Source: Gnetum montanum
Taxonomy: Eukaryota > Plantae > Gnetophyta
NCBI GenBank assembly: GCA_015680685.1
Contig: MNCI01002706.1
Coordinates: 737,415 to 801,414, forward strand
Direction of reading: 5' to 3'
DNA: 64,000 nt
The notes under the pieces are model-generated. The model was not told where the DNA came from. It worked only from the letters and a program-made list of their open reading frames with translations, and ran no database searches. Both the position numbers and the translations under genes were made by a program. This document shows positions 28,291 through 40,670 of this stretch, piece after piece (the stretch's first letter is position 1; each line of letters opens with the position of its first letter).

Positions 28291-29700
28291 GTTGGCCAAC
28301 AATGGTAGAACTCTTCAACAAAAGATATCAAACTTATGCAAGAGTGTCAGCCTTGAGGAGACAAATCCAAGAGTGGAAACAAGAGCAACATGAACCCTTG
28401 GACATGGCCTTAGAAGATATTATGCATTGTTAAACAATTGCCCGGGCCATGGGTTCTTCAAGGAGAGCCTAATGTACCATACCATAGATGGGCTCTGTAA
28501 TGAAATAAGGGAGACCCTAGGGATGTATGCCTAAGGTCAACTATATGAACTTCGAACCCATCAAGTCCAAGAGCTTATAAGCAGGTAGCAAAAGAAGAAG
28601 GAGAAATGGCTAAGTGTGAGAATATTGAGAAATCTCAAATAGGCCCAAAACCTTAAATCAACAAGGGCCCATGATAATGAAGAGGAGATATCAACTCACC
28701 ACAAGGAGGTGGAACCATCTTTGCCAATACTACAATCATTGGATGAAGTTGAGGAAAAGATCAATAAGATGATGGAATGGATGCATAAAAAATGTGGAGA
28801 ATATGCCAACATTGTTAGAGGTAGATTCATGATGAACCAAGAAATAAAACAAAACACCCTTAGACAATTGGAAAGAAGGGTAGAAGAGAATAAGAGCTCA
28901 ACTACCAATCATACGTATCAATGCAACATTTGCTTGTATGATCACCCCAAGGGCCAATGTCCAATCTTGTCACATTTACATGAGCATTGAGGAAGAATGT
29001 TACATCCAGAGTTTATACAAAATACTATGTTCAATCATAGTGGCAACAATCCTAGTCGTGGAAGAGGCCACTACCAAACTAGTTATACCCTCCATACCAT
29101 CCGAACCTAAGTGCTTATCAAGTCGAACATCTTGTTTCCCCAACCAGGTCAACATCCTCTATCTTGTCACATTATTATTATTCTCCTCAATATTATCAAT
29201 CTGTATCCTCACCAACAGGACCACCACCTTTGGTACCTTACACTTCTCCTCAATTTCAAAATTCTCATCCTTCACCTCCTTCTACATCACCACCAAGTGT
29301 TCCAGAGGGTTTTGCACCACAGCACCAACCCATGAACGTTACTTGTGCTACTACTAAGAACAGCAGTGGGGAATCTCCTCAACACGGAAGACACCCCTTC
29401 TTTAGGCATGACCATAAGAAGGCATAGCACAATTATGAGCCCACTACACCTGCCAACCCAACACAAGTCCAACACTATGGTGCAGCTCCCTCCTCGAACC
29501 CAACGCCTCGTGTTACTTTCTCTAGGCCATCAACCACTACTCTAACAACCATGGGGCCCAATGAATATAACCATCAAGGGAGACAGATCAATCCATGTGT
29601 ACCATCTTAAGGTCAAGGTTGCTGTAGTGGGTCAACCACTCATCAATTATCTACATCTTATAAATTTCCCCACTATGCTTACTATAATCAAGTGTGTGAA
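28291..29700 (+). pseudogene. gag remnant and P/Q/H-rich tail of element C
   Basis: Aligns to B 9020-10150 (e.g. CNICLYDHPKGQCPILSHLHE vs B ~9620-9690). Confidence 0.7.
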
Positions 29701-31171
29701 CCCTAATGGGGTAAGTATGACTAGGTCCCAATATTTCCAACATGCAAGGATCCCAATCTTCCATTTATTAATTCTAGCCATGCTCAATCGTTTAGTTATT
29801 GTGGGTATCCCCCATTCTAACAATAGCAGAATTAATAAATGTTTGTCTTTTCTTTAATTGTACAATTTTTTTTGTTTTTTTTTCCAGTTTTTCATCTTTC
29901 ATTTTATTGTTTTGACTTTTTGACTTTTTGTCTTTTTATGAGTAATCTCATCTACAAATAAAACACTCATGTGGCTCGTTGGTTGAGGTGTTGTTCTATG
30001 CTATCAAGTCTCAGGTGATTAATTATTTGGATAGTGGGCCCACAACATTCACTCCCCCATTATATTAATAAGAGGTTCCACTCTAAGTACAATGATATTC
30101 ATAATCATTAAAACTTAAAATAATTTTGTGCTTATTATGCCCAAAGTGAAGAATGACGGACCAAGAAGGAATGGCCAAGGTGTGACATCAAGGGGGCTTA
30201 TGGATTCTCTTTGGTGGCATCTGTAAGAGTTATCATGCAACTTGGTTGTACTAAGATCCTTGTAGATCTCACGAAAAATGGGAGTAAGAGTAATCAAAAG
30301 GCACTCAACTAGAAAAAAATAATGCTATTCTAGGGGGTCCCACTGGAAAGACATGCACCCATGCCCAAAGGTAGGCAGCTTCTCTAGATTAAGCAATACT
30401 TCAAAAAAATAAACATGTGTGCTGCAAAGCAAAAATCACTCCTCCCTTGGATGAAATTCTTAGTGATTATATGCCTTGCTATCACGATGCTCTTATGGTT
30501 GTTCATTATGGGAAGAAGCAATGCAATGTCATTGATCAAAGGAATGGACTTGGTCCTAATTTTGGAGTGATGGGCAAATGACACACTAATCATGCCTTAC
30601 ATGCGAGATTCATTATGCCTTGAGTTAGTTACCTCATGTCCCAATCTCTGCAATCCCTTCTACAATTCACTTCATCTTGTTGTTCATGTATTTTTGACTT
30701 GTGTCTTGTGTAGCATAGAATTCATACCTCATCACGTGGTATTTAGCATGTGTGTGTTTTTTTGCATTGGTGTAGACTACATTTAACCCTTCTAATGCCT
30801 ACGGACATTGTAAGGTGTGGTTACGCAAGGGCATAGGTTGGAACCTGCTTTGAGGAGGACCCACTTGTGTGACTTTTGTAATTTATACTTGTTGCACATC
30901 ACCATCTCATCATATTACACCTTCCCCATATTACAATATTCTTTCCCTTACCATTATCCTTCTAGTAAACATTGCTATGTACCAATACATGTCCTATTTC
31001 CTCATACTCTTCATGAACTTTACTACTAGAATTTACACCATTATACTTTTTCTGTGCCTTTTGATCTAATCAACATTACCTTGGACCCTTTACATTGATC
31101 TAAAGTCCTTAATTTATAATATAAAATTTCAAAAAAATTATTAGATATACCAAATCTCTAAATTTCGGTAG

Positions 31172-31232
31172 CCCGCGATATCGGGGTTGTGCTATCAGGT
31201 ATGCAATATCGCATCCTATTACCCTATAAATA
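31172..31232 (+). promoter_or_regulatory. Putative internal promoter of the accessory ORF in element C
   Basis: GATATC-type units at 31177, 31191 and 31205 (14-bp period) then cctataaata at 31223, mirroring the LTR U3 at 27121-27227. Confidence 0.6.
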
Positions 31233-31655
31233 TGGACCNCAACTTGTGACTTGCGCATCTCTCAATCTATCAATCTTCACTCGCTTACTTGTGCTCTGAT
31301 TTTCATTCCGTTTGGACCTATCTAAACCTGAAGTGTTTAACTTAGTCATGGGAGAGGGGTACACACTGAATTGCACATAAATTTTCTGGAATTTGTTATC
31401 GCCCGAAAGACATTATCAAGGGTAATTAGTTATAAATGCCAAAAACAATTTTATCTCCTCATCTATACCAAGGAATTAAAACTCTAAGGCCACCTAGGTA
31501 AAGAGGGCCAAATACTAAAACCTTTTGGGAACATTCCATAAAAAATCCTAACTTAAATTCACATGGAATAAAAATGAACTCATTAAGGTAAGAAGTAAGG
31601 TATAACTTAACTTTGGTAAGCAACCTTACTAATGATTGGCCCCATGTGATTGCAG

Positions 31656-34440
31656 ATGGCCCCAAAGCATGGATAATAAGAAGGTTCCTCTCAAGGTGTG
31701 GCCAAGTGATGCAGGAGAGGTGAAAGACAATGTGCAAAGCAAGAGGAGAAATCATTCAATATCCATCAAGAAGCCCCTACTATTGTACAATTTGGGTAGG
31801 TAGAAGGATGAGCTACTGTAGTACCTAAACAGCAACAACACCTCACGTTGCCCCCGGAGTGTGTTCAAGCCATCTGTGAAAGGTCCACATCAACTACAGT
31901 GATCATGGAATTAAACTTTGAACCCTTCACAGAATTCACTCCTGAGGCCATTAGGGACCACCTCAAAGGATCTTCATTATGGCCTATCCTCTCTGAAAGT
32001 AGTGCCTGGTACTTAGGAGAAATGTACCAATTTTGGCACAATAAAGAAGAAGGCACCACAGTTGACATTTGTGGTGTGTCAATTGATTTTTCCACCAAAG
32101 CCATTTTGGAAGTGTTAAACCTTTCGAACATAGGGCCAAAGGTTGCTCATCTATCTACTCACTCTAATGCTGATGCACGAAGGGTTTCGTTAGACAGGGC
32201 ATACCGTAAGGAAGATAAGACCTATGGAGAGTTAACATTGGAAAAGAAGATATACTTTAAAATTGAAACTTATCACATCTTTTCCACAAAAGGATTAAAC
32301 AGAATTTCAACATATGTGGCAAGAGGAAGTGCGATATTGATGGGAAAGGTTAATGCTAACCTACCTCATCTATATCTCATGGAGAGCTTAAGGTGGTTTG
32401 AAGAACACAAGATAGGGAAGCTTGCGTTGCCCTTCCCTTGTCTCACCAGGAAGCTATGCAAACATGATGGTGTTCAAGGATACACTAATGACATCCTCAG
32501 AAGAGCCCAAAATGCTTCATACGCTGAACTACTGAAGCCACCAATTGCAAGGAAAAGTGCTAGTGAGACGCTGGAGTCTACACAAGAGCAAGAATAGATT
32601 ATGGGGCCCACTGCAACTCAACTTGCAAGGCCTAGCCAACTTCCAAGCACAGGGCCTAGTCAACAACAAGAAGTAGGGCCCAGCATGAGCCAACAAGATC
32701 AACCACCACCACCACCTCAGGATTACCGACTATCGATGAGCCATCTCAAGGCCATCACTGAGATGGTTAGTTGGGGAAGTCGTGATGATGCAAATCTCTT
32801 CCGCATCATCGACAATACCGTACAGCCCACTGTCTCTATAGATCATGCACAAGGCGAGGTGTCCATTTAGATAGGAGGAGGGGAGACTCATTGGTCACAA
32901 CAGATTTCAAGGAATGTTGCTTCCTTTCAGGTGAAATTGGAGACTAGTGAAGGGGCCATAGTAGTGGTCATGTAGCACTAGGACATAGTGGGAGTCGTAG
33001 AGGTGGTCACAGACCACATCAAAGAATCTTTTAACATCCTTGTTGTGCCACCGGTAGATTTCACAAGAGCACAAGATGCTCAAACTCTAGCTGGTCCCTC
33101 AATGACTCCTGTGGAGCATGAGGATGTGCTTGATCGATTGCTGCAAATAGGACAGGTGATGACGTCCTTGTTTGACATCCCACAGGATGTTACGGTAGCA
33201 CAATTAGACCTCATTTCCACCAAAGGGAAGCTGGTCATGACAGAGATAAGGGATAAGCATGAAGAAGTAGAATTGGAAAGACTACAAGAAAGACTCATAA
33301 CCTTGCAAGCCACATAGTGGGATTCCTCTCAAATCGTTCCCGCAGACCAGTTGGACACCTTTAGGACAAAGTAACTTAACAAATTATTGGTGGATAATAA
33401 AAGAGTGGTAAAGGAAAAAAAGAAGGCTGACTAGGATGCCTCCAAGGCACAAGCGCAAATCTACACACATGCCAAGACAATCAAGGCCTTACAAGAAGAG
33501 AATAAACAACTTGTTGCCAACAATCTTCAATTGACCTCTATGGAGAAACAAAAGAACATTCTCGAAGAAAATTTTCAGCAACTACAAGAACAGTTGATCA
33601 GGGTCAACCAGGACAAGAACCATTTGGCCAGAGAAAATTGAACCCTCTTAATGGAGGAGGTATACGCCATCCATCAAAATATGGCCATTGAAATAAGTGC
33701 ATGACAAAATGAGGCCAAGTGGCACGAAAAATTAGAGCATTTCCAAGACCAGTGGGAATGTACAAGCAAGTTATCAAAAAAGAGATCCATATGGCCAAGG
33801 CCCACATCAACACTTTCAGTGCTTAGCACATTGATTGGAAGGCCATATTGGGTACATACGCATTTGCCCACCAGGTGAAACTTAAAAGTCAAGACCTGCA
33901 GATTCAGGATCTCACAGAGTATATGGAGTTGGAAAATCTATGGTATGCTAATCTAGCCATGTTGACAGCAGGGCACCTGATGATAGAGCTCGAGAGGTAG
34001 GTAGCTACCACCTACACCAAGTATGAAGCAAAATTTTTAGAACACAAGAAAACATTGCAGAAGCTAGAAGTCATAAATTCTGAATTGGATGTGGTTAAAG
34101 CAAGCTACCAAGGATAAAAAGATGTTGCAACAGACTTGGCTCGATAGCTTACAGAATTTCAGGAGTACAGGGACAAAGCTAGAGCCTATGAGGAGGAACA
34201 ACGGTTGTTTATGGCCTGGTACGTCAAGGCAAATAAGATGTTCCCACAACCACCATGCCCATGGGAGGTGCCGACCCCATCAAGCATTAGAGCATTAGCA
34301 TGGACGACATAGGATCCTCGAATAGAAGAGGAGAAGCTCTAGTCACTACTTCAACATCATCAAATCCCAAAACCTGGACCACAAGACAAGGGGAAGAAAC
34401 CCATGGAGGAGCCACCGCCACCTAGAACCACATGAGCCAA
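31656..34440 (+). pseudogene. Accessory ORF of element C (~900 codons, best-preserved copy)
   Basis: ttgcag|ATG GCC CCA AAG start is in frame with track ORFs 31848, 32601 and 32988; interruptions are TAA/TAG/TGA explicable as C>T; NLPHLYL...LPFPCL motif; Q/P linker; coiled-coil-like C-half. Confidence 0.8.
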
Positions 34441-34650
34441 ATAAAGTTTATAATTTTTCAACTTTGCAATTTTGTAATGCTGTAATTTTGTAATTGTGTG
34501 TTGTGTCCCAATTTTTTCCTATTGAGTTCTCCACTGCAACATGAATAAATCATTAGTCAGCCAATAATCCCATACCTATCCACTATGTAATAAATGGAGC
34601 TTGTTCTCATTTTTGACTCGAGGACAAGTTGTCATTTAGTTGTAGGGGTA

Positions 34651-35537
34651 TGATGAATCATAATTCATCAAGCTGCGATATCGAACCCCCAATATCGAAG
34701 CCTTGGTATCATGTACACAATATCATAGCCAGGTCACGATATCGAATACACGATATCGCAACTCCTGTGTAGACCTATAAATACACATGTAGGAACATGG
34801 GAAAGGAGTCAGTTTTTTAGCAGTCTTTGGTCAGTTTTAGGAGTCAGTTTAGTCAGAGTCTTTTTGTTCCTTTCAACCCTTTCTCCCAATGCATGTTTGC
34901 AGTGTGATGATTGTAATTGTACAGCATCCTTTATTCAAGTGTGATGTACCTGGACACACACATGACTAGAAATAAATATCGAGATTACTTCATCATTGCA
35001 ACATCCACTTAGTTTAATTATTTAATTAATTTTTTTGTAGTTAATATCTCTTCACCCTAAACTCCTTAAATGTAGAATGAGTACAACTTGATCACGAGCA
35101 TCTACATGTGACTACTTGGTATCCCAGTAGCGTACTGGGGCCATGCGCTTGGTAATCCCAGTGGTAGTCATGCACGAGGCCTAAGATGTGTACAAATGAT
35201 TAAAGAATGAATGCTCATCACACTTAGGCTAGTCTAGACTCTCTTCCCCTATCTCCTCTTAGCTTAGCTCCCTCTCTCCCTTTTCCTCTTAGCTTAGTTA
35301 AAGTTATTTCCCATTACCTTCAGGAGTAGCATTAGTTTAGGAATATATCATACACCTCACTCTAGACTAAACCATATGTGACAAAGCAATTACTAGTCCA
35401 TGTGGGAAGACAGCAAACTGTGATCAATGAGTAACTATCTAGATACCACAACTAGCCCGTCTGCAGAGTTTGACCGTATCATGCGTGAAACGCTTGTATT
35501 CGTATGGTTGAGTGTAGGGGTACCTCGCCACTCATTA
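34651..35537 (+). repeat. 3' LTR of element C (887 bp)
   Basis: TGATGA start, ctcatta end, matches 27095-27574. Confidence 0.9.
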
Positions 35538-36414
35538 CTAATTAAAGCCATCAAGCAACTCCAACAAAGAGGTGATGCATGGTAGCTCATCATTGATGGG
35601 CTCAATGCATATAATCAAGTAGAAATCCATCTAAAAAAGTTGTAGATTGAGGAGATGACAAAGTACATGGAGCTAGCTAACCTCCATTATGAAAACTTCG
35701 CAATGCAGATAGCAAAAAGACCCAAGTCAAAGTTGAAAAAGCAAGTAGCCATCTCCTACCTCCTCTATGAGATAGAGTTTAAGCTCCATAAGGAAACAAA
35801 ATAAAAATTGAAAGTAGCTAACATGAAGCTTGAGGTTCTTAAGAACCTAGCCAGGAAAATAAATGACTACTAGGAACTACAAAATCTTATCCATACATTT
35901 GATATCAAACATAAACATTTCACAACCTAATTTTTCAACATGAAAGAGTTGTTTCCTAAAATACCCTAGCTATGGGATATGCTAACACCGACTAGGTGAT
36001 GCTATCTAGACCATCAACGATGATGCATGAAGGAAAAAATAAAGGCACTATTGAACACCTTTAGATTCTCAGATGTAGCAATAGCAATAGTAAGGCATCC
36101 TAGACCACCAATAGGACTAAGATGTGATGAAGGACCATCTAAGCCATAGGATCCTCCACCTTTATCCATGATGTGAAAACTTCATCCTAGTCAATTTCAT
36201 ATGGCTAGCAACTACTAAATTTTTATCAAGTGTCAAATTTTTGTTGTATGTTCAATTTTGTAAGCCCTCAAATATTTTGTAATATGATACTCAACATTTA
36301 TCCATAATTATTGTTTGTCTATCTATCATCAGTTTCATAATCCTCAAATTTTCTAAACAACTCTATCCTATTTTTGTTCACTTGAGAAAAAATTTTCAAT
36401 CAATCGTGGAGATA

Positions 36415-37151
36415 TGATGAAGTATCTACTAGTTGCCTACATCTATGCATACCTAACAACAAAGACTCATCAATGCATACTTCGATGCTTTAATGAATAT
36501 GCATCAACATTGGTACACCTAAAGCCTATATAAATGCATGCACCATCTACATTTATGGAACCTTTGATCATTCTAGTAGCTAGACTCTTGCAATTTTCTT
36601 TTGTATGACTTAGCCAGATTTTCCTCTACATGCCTATAGCATAGATCAAGTTGATTGTACAAAATGTTATTCAAGTGCATGAAGTACATGGATAATTTTA
36701 CATGACAGTAATAAAATTGAGATTAATTCCTTCCATTACAACACTTGGACTAGCACTTAGTTTATTTCCAAGTACTTTACTTTAAATGCATTTTACTTTC
36801 ATGCACTTAGAAATTTAATATTTTATTTCATAGCAGCATGAGTATGATCACTACGAGCATAATATATTAATGCTTGGTAATCCCAGTAGTGAGTACCTAA
36901 TATGCCTAATAGTATATACTTGGTAATCCTAGCAATGTTAGTATATATTAAGGATGGGTATGGAAAGTGGGGACAAATGCTCTATAGTTAGGATAGTTTA
37001 GTTTACTTTTATTTCTATAATTGAATTAGAAGTTACTATTTCTCTCTTTATCTAGGGTAATATTAGTCTCAAGTCCACAAAATTCAACCAAATCATGCAT
37101 GAACAATTTTGATTCATATGGTTGGGCATAGGAAACACTCACCACTCATCA
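36415..37151 (+). repeat. 3' LTR of element B (737 bp, internal deletion relative to the 5' LTR)
   Basis: TGATGA...CTCATCA; aligns to 6893-7656. Confidence 0.88.
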
Positions 37152-39620
37152 ATTACCTAACTAGGCTAGACATTCTTACTAGTCCATCCACAAATTACAT
37201 GGTTGACTATGATGCTTGTAGACTATATGCTTAAGCATTAACAAAGTCATTATTAATCATTCATGAAAGAACATTGGGTTGAATATGATTGTGGAAGATT
37301 TTAGTTATTGCGGATGATTTTCTAGTTGAACATAAGATATCCATGTTCACTCCTAAAATGGTAACTTTTATAGGTTTTACAAGCTATGTTTTTTAGTTAT
37401 GATTGTTCACGGAAATTGTATATTATTTTTATCTAGATTAAAATGTACCATTTGAAATTTCATTACTATCAAAGTGACTTGACATATTAGGACATTAATA
37501 TCAATATGAATGCTTGCTACAATTCTACTAGATTATCTAATATATCCTTTCTTTAGTAATTCTTTTACATAGATCATTACCATGATACTAGAATTTAATT
37601 TTGAGATGATCTTAGATGCTTGTAATCTTTTATAAATATTTTCTTCAATCATTTTTTGTTGATGTTTTTATTTATTGGATTTTTTAATTTTATATAAGTT
37701 TGATTAATACTTCTTTTGGAAATCAATGAAAGTTACTACTTAAATAATATGATTATTTAAGCATTGTTATCTTTTTAGAGCTATAGAGTATTTTAGACAT
37801 GTTTTTAAACTTGAGATTTCCTACGAATCTTTTCAATTTCAATGTTATTAAAAATTTTTATTTTAAAACATTGCATTGTCCAAAGTTGTTTTATCAAATA
37901 AACTAGAATGATTTTTTTTAGAGGTAGATCATGTTAAAAGTTTCTTTCAGAAGTTTACCATTTTATTGAACCTTTTTACTCTTAGAAAATAGATAATTTT
38001 TTTTGTTTTTAAGTTCTAATAAAGAAGTTTACAAGGTTACTTCTATGATGTGATGTTTGTAGAAGCCCTATGAGTGGCTCAGGGAAATGGTATAACTGAA
38101 ATGTGATGGATAACATTATCTTTACTTCTACTAGATGAACATCACATTATAAAAATTTGTATTAAGTGGCACACAACATGTTACATTAGCTTAATCATAC
38201 ATTGTTTACCATAATTTTCATACATTCATATGTTACATGTGCTAACATTTAATTGGCTAACAAACCATATCCAAAGTCACTTAAAAACATTGTAAATCCT
38301 AATAGGGGATGGGTGGAACCCAAAACTTTCTTTTAAAAAATATTTACCCCTAGGACATATAGTCAAATTAGAACCTTATAACTCAACATTGTCTACCAAA
38401 ATCAAACTCATAACTTGGAGCTTTCAATCCTAATATGACTTTTTCCATAATTTGATAATTATCTATTTGAAAAACAAATTCTAGTTTGCTTCGACATTAC
38501 TTCCTACATTAAAGGCCTCATAACTGTAAATATGAATTGCTAAGAAAGTTTTCTAAAAGCACCACATGCTAATTAGTTGGATTGCTAACCAAGGTGTTAC
38601 AAAGCTATATGTGAAATATAGTCACATGCAACAATAGAAAACCTTGGTCTTTCTTTCTCAATTTGCTTGTTCAAGCCAAGTGTTTGAAGTTTTGTTAATC
38701 TCAAGGGATTCTTATAAAGATATTCTAGCAAAAAAAATATTTTGAAAAGAAACACTCCTATAATAATTCCTAAAAGCCCATGTTTTTAAAAGTATTATGG
38801 ACCCCTAAATATATAAGCCAATATAAAACTTCTTAAGTAGAATTTTGTAAATCAACACTACCAAGTAGAAAAAACCTATAACTTGAACTTTTCAAATTAA
38901 AAGTTTTACTAATAGGCAAACACCATAACTCAATTAAAGTAAGTAGTTTATTATCTTGAAAAGAAAGCATGATATCCTTTGCCTATGTTAATGAATTAGT
39001 CCATATTAATAAAGGCAACAAAATGATGACATAAATGTTGTTTCTCCCTCCACAATGTTTCTAGGACCAAAGCCTTCATTCACTTGTAGATATCATTATT
39101 ATGAATGTCTACCAGAAGCTTTCATTTTGGGTTTACAACTAATTTCAATTATTATCATCTTGGGCTTATCAAGCACACTAGCTAACATCTTCAGTATATT
39201 ACCAAGGTAATTAGCTTCTATCCTAAGATGATTGGTAGGGATTTTATTTGAACATATGTACCATCTTGTTTCTTTCCTAAGCAAACATTCTTGCTGAGAA
39301 AGACAGCATGAGCTATAGCTCAAATGGTTAGTTCACACGCTTACCTCTGATTCCAAAAAAAAAAATAAACAACATTATAATTTTTCCCATTATATATGTA
39401 CAATGATATGATTAATTGATTAATTTATCGAAAGAAAATTAAAGAAATTGTATATTAAATTTAGAATTAGATAATGATTATGGTTATTCATTAACTACTA
39501 CCACTAGGTACCAATGTTGTCTTGAAAATATCTAGATGCATCTCCAAAACCTTTATGTATAATGAATTCTTATGCATGTGATAAAGCCAAGAAATTAACA
39601 ATATGTACAAAAACATGCCT

Positions 39621-40169
39621 TGTTGGTAGATGGAAGGTTGTTTTCCCCAAGGTTGAAGGAGTGTGGAGATCCTCATAGATTCCATACTATCATAACCATT
39701 ACCATACAACTACATGGCCTTGATTCCTTTGTGAATTTGTCACAGGAATATGTTGGCTTTTGGCAAAGAGTTTGCCTCCCTAGCTCTAACCACTACCTTT
39801 CTCTTCAAAGCAAGGCTTAGGGCAAGTAGGAGCATGTCTTAGTTCTTGTAAGGGAATGGTGTTGTGTGTATGCTAGTGCTCTCTCATTGCTTGTATATGT
39901 GTGCATTTCATTGATCTATCACTTCTATGAATACTTTGCACATACTCACTATTCCCTTAACCTTAGACTATCACTTGTATGAATACTTTGCACATACTCA
40001 CTATTCCCTTAACCTTAGACTAACAAGTTCTGTGCACTTATGTTGTGCTTTAAGGTGCACTTATGTTGTGCTTTAAGGTGCTGTGGACATTAAGGTGTAG
40101 TTCATCTTGAGTCTGCCCTCTTGAGTGATGTGATGCGATGCTTTTCAAGGGTAGTACCGTCACACAACA
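39621..40169 (+). mobile_element. Solo LTR (549 bp) ~500 bp downstream of the LACS stop
   Basis: TGTTG...CAACA termini; TSD tgcct/tgctt; shares aactacatggcc(c/t)tgattc with the 47101 LTR family; internal 52-bp x2 (39916-40022) and 23-bp x2 (40032-40081) tandem duplications. Confidence 0.75.
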
Positions 40170-40670
40170 TGCTTCCACGTGTCACTTCATTTCGAAATAT
40201 TCAGGTAAATATAATTAATAAATATCCACAGTTCAATACAATAATTATGACATGGAGCTATGGCGAGGCTGTCGTCTATTCAAATCATGCGGATGTACAA
40301 AAGTTCAGAAGCATACACAAAATTCTGCTAGCCTGGCGTGAGCTAGAAACGTGGAAACACTACGCTGGAAAGAGTGTCATGATAACCTGTAAGGGTAAAA
40401 AAAAAGTGTACTTCACAGCTCTCATTCATTTCCATTTTTGGAATACCTTTCTTTAATTGTCTCCTACGTTACATGTTTATATCAATTGCTGTAAATTCGC
40501 CGGATACCAAGATTGTAGTAAACACAACCATTTACACTGGAACTTCTCCCGCATCCATGAGAATTTTGGTTTTCTTGCCTTTAGATGATGCATCCAGAAC
40601 GAGAAAAGGGAAAAGATAAAAGCGCACAAAGAAATTTTGAATGTTTAACGTCGGACTGGCGACATGATAT

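Larger units (their letters stand above)
27095..35537 (+). mobile_element. Element C: pol-less (non-autonomous) Athila-like LTR element with gag remnant and accessory ORF
   Basis: 5' LTR from 27095 runs into the N gap; 3' LTR 34651-35537; ~92% identity over the 480 comparable bp (by eye); TSD gtaat/ctaat; PPT tgtaggggta; no RT/RH/INT motifs seen. Confidence 0.88.
24949..36150 (+). pseudogene. Accessory ORF of element B (24949-27094 plus 35543-~36150), split by element C
   Basis: ATG GCA ACA AAA start; collinear with the A copy on both sides of the C insertion. Confidence 0.78.
6893..37151 (+). mobile_element. Element B: decayed Athila-like Ty3/Gypsy retrotransposon (~13 kb native) hosting four nested insertions
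   Basis: 5' LTR 6893-7656 (5'-truncated) aligns with 3' LTR 36415-37151; gag-PR-RT-RH-INT order; accessory ORF after pol; deaminated Athila-type PBS. Confidence 0.88.

Noticed and set aside
27535-28393. Four long ORFs of 255-280 aa in the track
   Set aside because: They are artefacts of translating the 716-nt N gap.
31656-34440. Calling the accessory ORF a true retroviral envelope gene
   Set aside because: Only its position is env-like; no signal peptide or transmembrane segment is evident in the readable frames.
37152-39620. Possible DNA transposon or gene remnant in the AT-rich spacer
   Set aside because: No TIRs, TSDs or translatable motifs could be supported.
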